Assembly: GCA_964016885.1 (NCBI GenBank) | Contig: OZ024756.1 | Coordinates: 34,720,001-34,784,000 of the forward strand | Length of the DNA stretch: 64,000 nucleotides | Direction: 5' to 3' | From: Eledone cirrhosa | Taxonomy: Eukaryota | The notes under the pieces: model-generated | Told to the model about the DNA's origin: nothing | Database searches by the model: none | The model's input: only the letters and a program-made list of their open reading frames with translations | Part shown: positions 14,149 through 28,907 of the stretch, in pieces | Numbering within the stretch: position 1 is the first letter of the stretch | Layout: each line of letters starts with the position of its first letter | Translations under genes and position numbers: made by a program

Positions 14149-14921
14149 CACGATATATATCTATATATATCTATAATATACTAACATATATGTCATGTGT
14201 ATGTTACATATGTCTATATACATGCACATATATATGAACATCATATATATGTATGTATATATTTATATATAAACATATATATATACATATATATACATAT
14301 ATATGTAAATGTATATGTATATGTATATATGGGTATGTACGTGTATGAATAGACATAATATGTACGTATACACATGACCATCCCTCCACCTCATTCATCG
14401 TTTGCTTTATTTTCTCTCTCCTGTAAATATATATTTATATATATATGTATATTAATATATATATATATATATAATGTATATTATATATATATATATATAT
14501 ATATGTATGCATACTTCTTTGTCTGTTTTTCTCTCTCTGTCTCTTTATCTGACATACACATATATACAAACACACACGCACTAAGACACGCACAATCAAA
14601 CACACAGAAGCGCACACAGAGACAGACACACATACACACAAACTGATACATGCACACATAAAGACACACACTGGCACTTATACACACATATGCATACACA
14701 TACACAACACAAACCCACAAATACACAGACACACACACATACACATATATAATGCCCTGCGCACAGAAATCACCGGCTGAACCAGTCAGGCAGTTTAACT
14801 ATGGGAGGAACGGGAGGGGTGCGGGTTGTGGGGAGGGAGTGAAGTGGAGGATGAAGGATGGTAAGGGGTAGAGACCCAATTAGAGTTTGTAACTAACACA
14901 CAAGGGCTCAGTTCAATACAA

Positions 14922-14964
<43 letters not shown>

Positions 14965-15601
14965 CATGTATATATATGTCTACAAATATATATATATGTA
15001 TGTAGACATGTATATGCATGTAGGTATATATGTATATATATATATATATACGGATATATATATACGTATATATATATATACATGTATATATATGTTTACA
15101 TGTATATATATATATACACACACATAAGTTATTGTGCATGTACCTGTGTATGTAAGTATGCATGTATATATGTATATATATATATGTGTGTGTGTATTGT
15201 ATATGTATTTATGTACGTCTCTATATATATATGTATATAATTAAACGTGTGCACATATATATGTATATAAATATATTATATATTACGTTTGTGTATATAT
15301 ATATATGTATATATATATATATACATACATATATACATGCACACAACGTTTAATTCCCCAACTCCCAAAGGAAAACTTGAGTTGTGAAAAATAAATCAAG
15401 AAATAAAAACATTTCTTCCCAGTCTCCACTGAAAAATAGGATAAAAATAAAATACAAAAATAATTTTTTATAAAACAACAACTACAACAAAATCACGAAA
15501 TAAACATGATGAAATTTTTGGCTTTCTCAGATAACTATATACATACAGCTATATGTATATATATATTTATATGCATATATATATATATATATATGTGTGT
15601 G

Positions 15602-15687
<86 letters not shown>

Positions 15688-15712
15688 TATATATATATAT
15701 GTGTGTGTGTGC

Positions 15713-15747
<35 letters not shown>

Positions 15748-15916
15748 CTTATATATATATATATATATAAATATAGTTGTATGTATTTATATATATATAT
15801 GTATATACATGTGTGTGATAGGTATATCCATGTGTATATATATATGTATATAAATCTAAATATATATACATTGATATTCCGACTTACATACACACATATA
15901 TATGTATACTACACAT

Positions 15917-15958
<42 letters not shown>

Positions 15959-16410
15959 TACATACATATCATCATCATCACTATCATCATAATCATTTAA
16001 AGAACGGACTCCCTGCCAGAAAGAGCTTTATAGACATATACATGCATACATACGCATACATATATATGCAGGGACACAATCTTAATGAACTGGGGAAGGA
16101 GGGTGGCTTTAATCAACTGGAATAAGATAAAATAAAAACCACTTGGCGTGGTATGTAAATGAGGTCGGGGAGGGTTAAAATCATATATATGTGTGTGTGT
16201 GTGTGTGTGCGTGTGTGTATACAGTATATATATATATATATATAAATCTACATGTATATTTTATGGACCTTTTCCTCCTCCCCTTCCTTAGTTTAAATTA
16301 AAATAAAAAAATATTTAAATCTAAAAATAGCAGTTTGAAAAAATATCAAATATTTAAAAAATTGAATTCTTGATTTCATATGTATCATTATATATATATA
16401 TATATATATA

Positions 16411-16480
<70 letters not shown>

Positions 16481-16852
16481 TATCATACACACACACATCT
16501 AATATATATATATAATTTTCTTTCAATCATCCGATTTCCATGTGACCTCTCCCACCTTCTGTATGTTAACTGTTCTTGTAATGTCGCCTTCATTTGGTGC
16601 CCGTGTGGCAAATAAATTTTAATAATTATTATTGATGATAATGTTAATATGGTTGTTTAATTTCGAAATCGAAGATAAAGCAACACATACATACACACAA
16701 ACACTGACACAGACAGACACACACATGTGAGTGTGTGTATATATATATATACATATTGATTTTCAAAATTTATATTAGATAAGAAAAGTATAAACTCTTC
16801 GAAATTGTTAAGGAAAAAAGAATTTCTTCTTAACAGTTTTGATATATTTTTT

Positions 16853-16930
16853 CAGGCTGTCCCCCAAAAATGTATACACACTTCAACTGCATTCTAATAA
16901 ATATGTATATACATTTTTTGCAACACCCTG
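16853..16930. mobile_element. Tiny Tc1/mariner-type MITE remnant
   Basis: Imperfect TIRs caggctgtcccccaaaaatgtata / tatacattttttgcaacaccctg, followed by TA. Confidence 0.5.
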
Positions 16931-17206
16931 TATATATTAGAGTGTCGGGGCCCGACGGCTGAGCTCTAACCGTTTCGACATCGATTTTTAGTTAATACTT
17001 CTTTTGTGATAGGTTGTGCTCCAGCATGGTCGCTATCCAAGAAGTGTAAACAGTTAGTCGCTTTCATCCTTCTAAACTGGAAGAATTAAAGTACCAGTCG
17101 TGTACTGAGGTTCATTTTAACCGACTTTTACACTTCTCCACTTCAAACTCCAGGTTGCTGGCCTTGGGCTTGAAGCAGAAATCGTTTTGTCCATGGTGGT
17201 GGCGGC

Positions 17207-17253
<47 letters not shown>

Positions 17254-17536
17254 AAGTAGTAGTAGTAGTAGTAGCAACAGCAGCAGCAGTAGCAGTAGTA
17301 GTAGTAGTAGTAGTAGAATTCAGTGAAATATTATTACTATGATATTGGTTACCTCCCTTCCCTCGAAGTCTGACCCAAGAGCCAGTCTGTCTGCCTGTTA
17401 GTCCTTATCAACGACCGCCACCACTACTACTACCGTCATTCATATATATACACACTTGATCCACCTACACTTCCCTACTATAAACTTCTATGTTGTTACT
17501 CCGCTGTTTGGCAATGAAACTAAGTCAGACGTTATG

Positions 17537-17584
<48 letters not shown>

Positions 17585-18929
17585 TATATATGTGTGCGTG
17601 TGTGTGTATGTATGTGTGTATGTATATGTGTGTATATATATATGTATGTATATATATATATGTGTGTGTGTGTGTATACACCCACATATATATGTATATA
17701 TACATATACATACACGAAAGACGAAAGGTGTTCCAAAATATTTGATCCCTTAAAAAAAAAGGTGTTATTTTTCCTGCTGTCATGTCATCAGGTATGTTGG
17801 GCTCAAAATATTTGGGACTCCTTTTGTGTGTATGCATGTGTATATATATATATATATACATGTGTATATACACACACACACATACATATATATGAGGATT
17901 AAAACGGGTGTTACCAGCTGTTGGCAATGCATGTCGCTCCCCTTTAAACAGATGTTTACTTAAGGAAAGAAAAGAAGGAATAAAAAAAGATAATCAAACT
18001 AGCTTCTTCTCCCCCCCCCCTCTCTCTCTCTCTCTACTGAACTACCATCACTAACAAGTCCTTCATCTTGGTGTCCGCACTACCCCAATACCAACATCAC
18101 CTTCACCAATACCATCCCTAACACCAACATCAACACGAACACCATCCTCAACATCACCACCAACATCAATACTATCACCATCACCACCATTACTATCACC
18201 AACACCATCACCACCATTACCATCACCATCACCAACATTATCACCATCACAATCACCAACATCATCACACCAATAACATCATCACCCTCACCAATGACAA
18301 CATTATCGCCACCAACATCACCACCAACGTCAACATTAACATCATCGCAATCACCCACACCAACACCACACCTAACACCATCGCCATCACCATTATCTCT
18401 ACTACTATTATCCCCAGCCCCACTTACTGACACCAACACCATCACCATCATCATCATCATCACCACTACCACCACCATCACCTCTACTAACCCCATCCCC
18501 AAATTACTACCAACACCACCCACACCCACACCCACCCAGCACCAACACCGACAACACCATCAACCCCAACCTCAACTCCAACACCACCAACACCACACCC
18601 AATACTACCAACACCAACAACATACCCAACCCCACCATCACGATTACCATCACCACCAACGACAACAACATCACTACCACCACCATCACCATCACCATCA
18701 TCATCACTATCACTATCACCATCATCATCCCATGATCAACACCATCGCCATCACCTTTACCGACACCATAACCAGCACCAACGCCACCATCACTAACACC
18801 GCCAGCAACAACATTACTATCACCATCATTTCCAATACCATCACCACCATCGTAGTCATCGCCATCATCGTAATAATCATCACTTGGTTTTCAACAACGA
18901 TGACAACTCACGCTTTTTACTATTGAATT

Positions 18930-19620
18930 ACTCTCGATCCCGGGCCGACGTCGATCGTTTCGCTTTCGTGAAGTAAATATTAATTTACATTATGCTCGTT
19001 TCCCGGCCTGGCGCTCTCTTTCTCTCTCTCACTAACGCAATGCATGATGGGAAGCGGCAGCGCGTCCAGATGTTCCAACATGGCGAAGGCTCGATTTAGA
19101 CGTGTTGTTGTTGTCGTAACCTCTACGTAAAGGAAGACAACACTTCGTTTTACTCGCTCCACCAAAACTTTACAAGCATCACTGTCTCTCTAACTACACA
19201 CACACACACAGACGAATGTATATATGTGTGTGTGTACTTTGTTCGTTCGACTATCAGAACAAGATGAGTTATAACAAACAGCGTTGAATTTCATCTACTA
19301 CAAATCCTGCCAGAATGTGTTTAGGCGGCCTTTGAATGATATATGTATGTATATAATATATATATATGTATCTATGTATGTGTGTGTATAAAGAGCTTCA
19401 TAGCTTAAAAAAAGCTTGTTTAAAAGCCAAGTCGGCCGCCCCACCACCGATAGAAGAAAGAGAAGAGTGAGTCGGCCAGCTAGTTAGCTCACTCGGACAA
19501 CAAAAGAGTCAGCCAGGAGGACTGCATGAGGAGGAGAAGAAGAATATATATATATATAGATTCAGGGAGAGAAAACCATCGTAGAGCACCGTCGTACGTT
19601 GTTCAAGGCACAGCAATGCC
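18930..19620 (+). promoter_or_regulatory. CpG-retaining promoter/5' region of the Plexus-like gene
   Basis: CpG and GC are locally enriched against a CpG-poor background. YY1-like AACATGGCG near 19078. Lies 0.5-1.2 kb upstream of the ATG. Confidence 0.45.
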
Positions 19621-19752
19621 TGCTCTACTGGACTGGGACAACGAAGTCCTCTTATCATCATCATCATTATTATCACCACCACCACCATCATCATCATCAT
19701 CACCCAATGTCCACCACTCCATCGACCATAATGTGAAGAAGAAAAAGCCTGA
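19616..19752 (+). other. Putative upstream exon or uORF (MPALLDWDNEVLL...KKKKP) ending at donor GA|GTAAGA
   Basis: Consensus donor at 19753. Candidate acceptors at 20100, 20136 and 20139. Confidence 0.4.
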
Positions 19753-20128
19753 GTAAGATATATAAAGACTTTGCTGTAATATTACTACTACTACTACTAT
19801 AACTGAAGAATTACTAGCTTTTTTTTTTTTCGAGGAAGAAAGTTCGGCTTTTCTTTGTGGCTGTCTTCTTTCTTTTCATCCATTTTATATTTTATTCTCT
19901 CTCTCTCTCATACGTCTTTCTCTTTGTTGTCATTATTTTTCTTTTTTCATTTTATTCGTGTCGAATTAATTCAGCCACACTCCATCACAATTATAAGTAC
20001 ATCCAAACATCGGCTCCTTTCACATATTTGTTAGTGTTCAACTTCCTATAAATATATATATATATGTAAAAAAAAAAAGTGCTTCTTTTCACACACACAG
20101 ATAAATATATACATATATAACATACACA

Positions 20129-21150
20129 ATGGGTAGCAGAACCGTTTGTTTCGTGTGTGGCAACCTCGGAGCTGATTCTGGTCGTCTTTTGTACACGAAA
20201 CCCCGTCTGGACAAGGGACCCTATTTTCCGTTCCTGGAGGATCACGAACCTCCAAAAGGGGCTCGATTGCTAGGTGCCGATGGCACAGTGGACAGCTGCC
20301 GGGTGTGCCACGCCTTCCTCACTCAACAATGGGATACTTATGAACGAAATAAAACACCCAGCGTCAAGAGACTCTACTGGCTGAAACGTTCGGACAATGG
20401 TCAGTTTACTGGAGCAGAAATGCGACTACAAGGAGAGTACATCGCTCAAGTTATGGGTTTACAATATAACCCAGGCTCTGTAGATTCCGGTTTTAATTCG
20501 TCCAGTCCGAACGTGACCAAATCTCGTCTGATATCATTAGCCGACCCTTACGCTGCTCTCGACACCCGAGGTGCGGCCACTGATGTTGCCCTCGATTTAT
20601 CTGTACATAAAAACAATGGCCATAGTTCTAGTAGTAGCCGCGACTATCGTACCAACAACACGGACGAAGTGACCAATTTTGATTCTCATACCAACAAAAG
20701 CAACAACAGCAGCAACACTACCAATAATGCCGTCACCCCTTCCCACCCTGATAAATGTCGTTCCTCCTCTTCATCATCGACATCGGCCAAATATGTTTGC
20801 TTCACGTGCGGCACTCTTCAGCCGTGGGTAACACGTGGGTTTATTTGCGCCTTCAGACAACCCTCGGGTGAACCGTATTTTCCCTTCCTGACCCGGTTGA
20901 GCACCCGAGCAGGCGCGGCGCCTCTCTCCGACAAAGGCATCGCCGCAGTCTGTAACATCTGCAGACGGACCCTATATCAACAATGGAAGGAACAGGAGCT
21001 AGCCAGTGTTGGCATCGAAAACAGAACTTATGTAATCAACAAGGAGAAATACCCCGATACGAAAGATAACATCTGTATTAGTAGTAGTATTAATGCAGGT
21101 GGTGGTAGTAGTAATAGTAGTCATGTTATCGAGAAAACTTTGTCAGGCAG

Positions 21151-21183
<33 letters not shown>

Positions 21184-22405
21184 GGAGATATGCTATTTGT
21201 GTGGTCAGTATATGTCTCACTCTTCATCCCGTCTCTTACACACCACACTGACCAAGGACAGTAGGTCGAATATTTTGATGCATTTTCCATTCATTAGAGA
21301 CCTGCCACGACCAGAAGGAGCTCACCCTTTAAACCCTGACGGTACAGTTATAGCTTGTCGCGTGTGTGTTGACCATATTGCTGCCCAGTGGCATATGTAC
21401 GAGAGTAAAGGTGTGAAGCTCTCACAGAGACAATTCTCACTCCCAATAAACCTCAACAGAACTACTTACACATATCAGTCCAGTGAATCTTCCAATTATC
21501 CCACGTCTGAAGGGGATGTGAGTCAACCGTTAAACATTCAAATCACCAGTGGCAGTCCTGTCCCCACTGTGCCGACGGGCTCCCAGGGGCTTCTTGCCAT
21601 AGCCACTCCGATAAGTTCTTCGTCCACTGCCCACAACAACGGCGACGTTAATAGCCGATCCAACGTGTACAGTAACCAGTTTCCGTCCTCCTCTTCGATC
21701 GATTCCAGGAGAGTTCCTGTTGACATGAAACCAAATTTAGCAGCCCTTGACAACAGCCTTAACATCAACAACAACAACAGTAGTAGTAGTAGTAGCAACA
21801 TCATAACAGCTACATCAATACCACATCCTTTGCAATGTATTAGTAGTTTACCCAAGAAAGTTTGTTTTCTGTGTGGAGAAAGCTGTCTTGTTGCTAACAT
21901 GCATGTCTTGTGTTCCTACCCGGCTAGGCACGATGCTAAAGTTCCAAACGGGCAGACCAACCCGTTTTTCCCATTTCTAGCCAACCGTGACCCTGCTCAA
22001 GGGGCCGAAACCATGAGTGATGAGGGCACGGTGATGTCCTGTCAGTACTGTTACCACATGCTGCTTAAACAGTGGAAAGATTATGAAAATTGTAAAATCC
22101 CTGGGACCAGTAACAGATGGTTGAGGAAATATGTTCTCAAAAATTTTACTTGTTACGTTTGCAGTCGAACTGCTGAGAGGAAAAAGATCTGTACTTTGCA
22201 AGTTCCAAAGTTCCCTTTTCTTAAGGATCACAAAGTACCCCAGGGTGCTCTGGTGATGGACAGTGGCGAGAGCGTTGTTGTTTGCAAAGGGTGCTCTCGT
22301 AGCCTGCACCGACAATTCACAGAGTTTGAGCGAATGGGCCTTCGTATAGAACTACGGAAATACAACTGGATTCAACCACCTGGTGATGACTCAATGGACG
22401 AAAAG
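20129..22405 (+). CDS. Large coding exon of a Plexus-like nuclear protein with five Cys-rich repeats
   Basis: 759 open codons. Five repeats C(F/Y)xC...FPF(L/I)...GA...CxxC...Q(W/F)..E...R.(Y/F), an ALDLS motif and Ser/Asn linkers. Ends at the perfect donor AAG|GTAAGA (22406); the ORF tail to 22537 is intronic read-through. Family assignment is from recall of Drosophila plexus-type repeats. Confidence 0.85.
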
Positions 22406-23139
22406 GTAAGAAAGCTTTTGTCATCCTTTATTTTATTACCATTACAATTTTCCACCCTGTTGTTTACAATTTTTTTAAATCCCAACTTATGCAAGCATGG
22501 AAAGAGTGGACATGAAAATGAAGAAGAAATGTTGTAGTAGGCCTTTTTGGAAGATGACCAACTGTTAAAAAAAAAAATCAAATAATTTTCTCAAGGACAC
22601 TGTAAAAAGCGTATTGAGTACTTGCAGTGACAGACCTAGATTTTTTGGCAGGGTAGGGACTTAAAACTTGAATTGTTATACGAATCTCTTCGCTATTAAC
22701 ACCAACTAGGGTACACATTAAGAAAAAAAGTGAAAGGATACTTGACATTAGATGTCCAATGAAGAAAATTAAAATATTTCATCCAGTTCACCAGGGTGGT
22801 GGGGGGAGTAAGTATGAAGCTTGTCATGGGATATTTTTTATACCCTTCCTGCTGTGAACCCTTTTAGTCACCTTTTACACCATGCAGGACTATACACCTA
22901 TTCTAATTAATATTATTACAGAGTTTAAACCCTTCTCTGTCATCAAAACTAATATCCTATGTATAGTGTTGTTATCAAACATTGTTTGACTGAAAACAAA
23001 CACACATGCACATACATATACACATCTTTTTAGGTTACCAAAATATTATTTTGCCTCTCATCCATTTTCTACACTGAAATGGGCTGGCCGGATTGAAGGC
23101 AGAAAAGTTAACATAAACCATGCCTTGCTCATACACTCA

Positions 23140-23400
23140 TTACATCAGCCTTACCACTTTACAGAGTGTATTGGGTGCATTTCATCATGGAACTGCTTTA
23201 CTATGTGTACTGGGTGCATTTTATTTTTGCACCAGCACTACTCCATTACAGAGTGTACTGGGTACAATTAATCATGACACCACATTACAAAGTATACTGG
23301 GTACATATCATGGTACCAGTGTGTACTAGGTGCATTTTATCGTGATACCAGCAATATCACTTTACAGAGTGTACTGGGTGTAATTAATTATGGAAGCAGA
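23140..23400. repeat. About 40-bp tandem repeat (cactttacagagtgtactgggtgcattttatcatg)
   Basis: Roughly 6 units. The unit matches an internal segment of the local RTE-tailed repeats (e.g. 31390-31425). Confidence 0.75.
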
Positions 23401-24770
23401 ACTAGAAAGGTTGCCATGTACTGAGTAAAACCTTGTAATGTATGTAAACTAAGGGACATTTTCTTCTCTAGTTTTCCCAAACCTTTTCATTACCAAAGAA
23501 TCTTTTTTTTTATTTAAATGAATCAACCTCTGTCTCACTAGTTACTTCCTTCAGATATATATATATATACATTTACACAGTGATGATAAACTAGAGAGAA
23601 ATGTTTATACTTGGAAAAGAATTGATAGTTAATAGTGTGTTATGTTTATTATATTACTTGAAATTTTGAGCTCAACTGGGACACCCAGTACTACCTTTGT
23701 AGACAATTAGGGGGTGACCCAGACCCTAACTTAGAAATTGCTGGTCTAAGTATTGCTTTCTGGTAGTCCCCTTCCCCCATTTGGTTTATCATACAATCTC
23801 ATTTCCTCCTCTTTATAAATTTAATTTGTGTCATTGTTCTAATGACAGCATAATAATGGTTGTAATAATTCTTTCAAACATTGGCACAATGCTAGCAATT
23901 TGGGGGAAAGAGAAAGTCGATTATATCATCCCCCAGTAGTTAACTGGTATAGACAGCAAATTGGCAGTCATTAGAATGGCAGATAGAATGATTTGCAGTA
24001 TTCATTCCAGCTCTGTATTCTCTGAATTCTAATCCCACTGAGGTCAACTTCACCTTTCATATAAAAAAAAAAATTGTAGCCTAGTACTGGGGTTGATTCT
24101 TCTTCATTTATATCTATCATTCTCTCTCTCTCTCTTTCTCTGGAAGAAGAAATCAGCTGTGTTCAGACATGGAGAGGGGATAGACTCTGTTGGGTTTAAA
24201 ATGCCCAAGAGGTGCCTTATGTGTCACTACCCCTCCCCTATGACTCCATGAGAAGTTACAAGCTTATATACATACACTTAACTGGCACTTTATTTTATTG
24301 ACCCCAGAGTGATGAAAGGCACAGTTGACCTCAGCAGGAATTGAACTCAGAATGTAGAAAGTCATAAATATATACCAATACCACTAAGCATTTTGTTTGA
24401 AACTCTACTGCTTCTCTCAATCCATTGTTCACAATATAACAATAATAATTTCTAATTTTAGCACAGAGCCAGCAATTTTGGGGGTTAGGGGTCGATTAAA
24501 TCGACCCCAGTACTTCACTGGCATTTCATTTTATCAACTCTGAAAAAATAAAAGGTAAAGTTGAGTTCATCTGGATTTTAATCCAGATTGTAAAGGACTG
24601 AAACAACTACCACAAGGCATTTTGTCCAATGTCACACTACATATATACATAGATTACACAACATATACATTGGCCACTCTACACTGTATATATATATATA
24701 TATACACAGGACATACTGTATATACACAGGTCACATTGTATATACATAGGTTATACTGTGTGTGTGTGGG

Positions 24771-25112
24771 CATCATCATCATCATCATCATTTCATTTTA
24801 CGTCTGCTTTTCCCTGCTTGCAAGGGTGGGACAGGAACTGATTCTGGCTTGATTTCTACAGCTGGATGCCCTTCCTAACACCAACCTCATTTACAGTGAG
24901 TGCTGGGTGGTTTTTTGCCGTGGCACCTCCACGACCACTTTACAGTGGAATGATAGGGACACCAGTCCCTATCATCTCATTTCTACAGCTGAGTAAACTG
25001 GAGCAATGTGAAATAAAGTGTCTTGCTCAAGGAAACAACACATCACCCGGTCTGAGAATTGAACTCATAACCTTTCGATTGCAAGGCCAATGCTCTAACC
25101 ACTAAGCCATGT
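24771..25112 (-). mobile_element. tRNA-derived SINE with RTE-type (ATG)n tail
   Basis: A box TGGCTTAGTGG, B-box-like GAGTTCAATTC, central ccttgagcaagacacttt domain. Near-identical to the copies at 26864 and 63098. Confidence 0.85.
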
Positions 25113-25494
25113 ATATATATACATGGGTTACACTGTATATAAAGCAGTTAATTTGGCAGTGATGAGAGGTTCAAATTAAATGAATTATAGTATTTGATCC
25201 AGCTAAATCCTGCTGGTTGCTTTGTCTTTCATTCTTTTACATTTGGTAAAGTAAAACACCCTTCTACTGCACTAGATTGGAGAACTTGGTGAAAGTATCT
25301 AATGGGATGCCCTTGTTTCTGCTCAGTGTCTTCTGAGTTTAAATCTTGTCTTTTATCAGAAAAAATGGGGACATGACTGAGGGGCCTCCTATCATTTCAT
25401 GTATGCTGTAGTTTTGTGTTAATTCTTGGTTTATGTTTTGATATTAGTAAATATATCCATAGTTACTCTCTGTGTATTAGTGGGGTTCTATGTA

Positions 25495-25680
25495 GAATTA
25501 TAGTTCTACCAACTGTGTTTCTATGTGGTTTTCATGTACTGTATAGTAATGTGTTGCAATGGCTCCTTGTAAGTGAATGATCATCCAATGAGAAAGTGTT
25601 TTGCTTATGTGTCCATGGAGTTCACAACCTTTATGTATACATTAACGTTTATATATCACATTGGTCATCTGAAGTATGTT
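25495..25680 (-). pseudogene. Decayed Penelope-like GIY-YIG endonuclease fragment
   Basis: Minus-strand translation LQMTNVIYKR*CIHKGCELHGHISKTLSHWMIIHLQGAIATHYYTVHE matches the Penelope pattern NVIYxxxC...C...(YIG)xT..LS.R...HLQ.GAI..H....H, with a stop and deletions. Confidence 0.6.
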
Positions 25681-26863
25681 CTGTAGTTTCTTGTTGAGAT
25701 TTTTCATTTTGGTATTTTCAAATTATACTTTGAGTTTGTGGTTGGGAGCAATACATGTGTTCTGATTTAGGAGTCCTTAATGTCGTCTGAATCCATTTTC
25801 TAACTAGGGTGCATTTGGTCCTTGTACATGTATCAGTGTTCACCTAGGGTGGGTCGAGCTAGTTCCTACCACTGCACCTCTAGCATTGCGAATAGAGGCC
25901 ACCCATGTACAGTAATTGCAGGCGTCCGATGTGGCTTAGTGTTGGTCAGCGATGATTATAGTAGTGGACATGATATATGCAAGGACCAGATATTAGCTCA
26001 TCATCCAATTTGATTGTGCTAATACATTGGTGGTGTTGTCCTCTCCAGCTGCTAGAAGCTTACAAGTCTCTGTTTTCTATGGAATCCAAGACTTATCTGT
26101 TCCGATATTTGGTAGTTTTCTTGATGATACTCCCACTGCAACTGTTGGACTTTCAATCTGAAAACATGTTGCTCTGGTTCTCGCTATTCCAAAGGGTATA
26201 TGCTTACAGCTGGGACTGCCTGCAAAAAAACTTACCTTCAATGAAACCACATCATGTAATCAATGTATTTGGTTATTGCAATACCAAATGGAATCAAGCC
26301 TGTAATAGACATTATAATCACCAATTTCAGATAGCAAAGAATTACTGACCATTTGGACCTGTAGCTATTTTTTCTCATGAATTATTGCTCCTTTATAATG
26401 TTCACTACTCACCATCATCATTTTTACATCTGCTTTTCCGTCAGCATCAGTTTGACTAGATTTGTTTGAAGCAGATTTTCTATGGCCGGATGACTTTCTA
26501 GATGCCAGTCCATACTATATATGTATGCTATATACTGCTGAAGCTCTAGCGAAACATTTAGCTGCAAGATGTATGTGTAGGACATAAGCAAAAGTCACTG
26601 TTTATTTTAAACACTGTCGATAAGAAGGCACATGCAAGTACACTGACTCACACACACACACATATATATGACAGGTTTCTGGTCAGTCGAAGAATATAGT
26701 AGGAGACACTTATTCAAGGTGTGACACACTGAGATCAAACCCAAATCTACAGTTACCTTAAGAACCACTGCTTTAACCCTTTCGTTACCAAATTTCTTAA
26801 GTAAGACACTTATAATTTTGAAGCTAAAATAATCAAAAGTTTAAAAGGATTTAGTAGTATAAC

Positions 26864-27249
26864 TCATCATCATCATTTTACGGCCACTCTTCCCTGCTTG
26901 CAAGGGTGGGATGGGAACTGATTCTGGCTTGATTTCTACAGCTGGATGGCCTTCCTAACACCAACCTCATTTACAGTGAGTGCTGGGTGCTTTTTTTCCA
27001 TGGCGCTTACACGACCACTTTGCAGTGTGGGCTGGATGCTTTTTTACCGTGGCACCTCCACGACCCCTTAGCAGTGGAATGCTAGAGACCCCAGTCCCTA
27101 TCATCTCATTTCTAAAGCTGAGTAAACTGGAGCAATGTGAAATAAAGTGTCTTGCTCAAGGAAACAACACATCACCCGGTCTGAGAATTGAACTCACAAC
27201 CTTTCGATTGCAAGGCCAATACTCTCTAACCACTAAGCCATGTGCCTCC
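26864..27249 (-). mobile_element. tRNA-derived SINE with RTE tail and an internal ~45-bp duplication
   Basis: Same family as 24771-25112; the gtgctgggtg...acgacc segment is duplicated. Confidence 0.85.
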
Positions 27250-28907
27250 ATAACTAACACTTACATTTCAACCCTTTTGTGACCACATTTCTAATTGTAT
27301 TTTAATTAATTAAAAATTTGGAAGGATTTACTAAAATCGTTTCACATAACAAAAATTTCCTATATAAAATTTTGTTAGAAGATTTAAATTTAAACAAAAA
27401 TTAAAAACAATTAGTTTTGTTTCATAGAAATGGAGACAGATTGGTATCAAAAGAGTGAAGCTGGTTTGTAGGTAAAAATAAACACTTTAAAACAGACAGT
27501 TATGTGTATCATGGAACCTGGAGTAGTTTCAGGTGGTTTGGTATATAATAGGTTAACTGTCAGCCAGGATCCAGCAGATCTATAGCATATATATATATTA
27601 TATATATCTTGGATTACATTATCTAACATGTTTGTCTTCCTTTTTTAATGAAATAAGGTGTGATTGAAGGAGATTTGACTGTTATTTCTAACACCAAGTA
27701 GAGGTTAGCTCAACCTGTTTTTTACCAACTCAACTGAAACTGACCTTGGTTTTGTGATACAAAACTGTTTTAAACAGTTTATATTTATATTAAAACCTTC
27801 CCAACATAATTCTGTTTTGTAATATTCCAAACAATGGCTTAATAATGTAAAAAGGTTAACTGTTTTATTAAATCCCTCCAAATTTTTCAATATTTTCAAT
27901 ATTAATTGAAAATCGTAGGCAGTGGATTTCCTTAGAAATATGATAACAAAAGGGTTAAAATGACCCAGCTTGTAAATGCAATAAAATGACCCAGCTTGTA
28001 AATGCAATATGTATGTACAAGTAGGGAAGATATTGATTCCATACATACACACACACAAATAATAAGGGAGCGGTGTATCCTGTATGATAGAGGGTCTACT
28101 TAAGTTATGTTCCAGACACCAACTTAACAATGAGAAAGTTATATTCCTAAACCTCTCCAAATTCTTGATTATTTTTTAAATGATGGGCAGTATTTTTTCA
28201 TTATAAATATGGGAACAAAAGGGTTAATTTATGTTACAAACCATGGAAAATTTTCGTATTAATCATCTGACAGCAGCCCTGATTCTTCCAGCCAAGTCAA
28301 AACACTAGTTTATTGATGAGAAAGTTATATTCACTAAAGCACTCCAAATTCTTTATTATTTTCAAAATTATTAAAAACCGCCATAAACAGTGTATTTCAA
28401 TAGAAACATTGTAGTAAAAGGGTTAAATAAAGGGACATGTTGGTTAATATAATTGTGGGTTCCTTGAATATACAAAGATGGAATGGTCTTAATTTGTGGT
28501 TGTGCTGGTGCCATGATAAAAACCATCCAGCCCATTCTGACCAGTGGTAGTGGTGGTGCCATGACAAATAGCACCCAGTCAACACTGTAAAGTGGTTGGC
28601 ATTACGAAGGGCGTCAAGTAAAAAAACGGAACGTATGAGCAAGTTGCGGTCAACAGATCTGGCTGGCCTCAGGGTTGCGATGATGATGATACACACACAC
28701 TCCCAAGTCATTGGTCAGCCTAAGGCTATAGTTATAGTAGAAGATATTTGACCAAAGTGCCATACTTTGGAAAAGACCAAGATGTAGGCAAATGATACTT
28801 CTTTACCTGTTTATATTACCGATTTGGAACCTGCACCAAAATGACCCTTGAAAACTGTTTTCAATGTAAATCTCATTTAGAATGAAATGGAAAATATAAA
28901 AAGAAGA

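Noticed and set aside
16940-16985. CpG-rich stretch with minus-strand CGAAACGGTT
   Set aside because: Only a right-half hammerhead resemblance, with no CUGAnGA.
22406-22537. C-terminal 43 aa of the 802-aa ORF
   Set aside because: Lies after the consensus donor AAG|GTAAGA and shifts to intron-like composition.
26531-26562. Hammerhead-like CTGCTGA-A-GC tcta GC-GAAAC
   Set aside because: A6 is mutated, helix II is minimal and helices I and III are unconvincing. Possibly a decayed copy; not counted.
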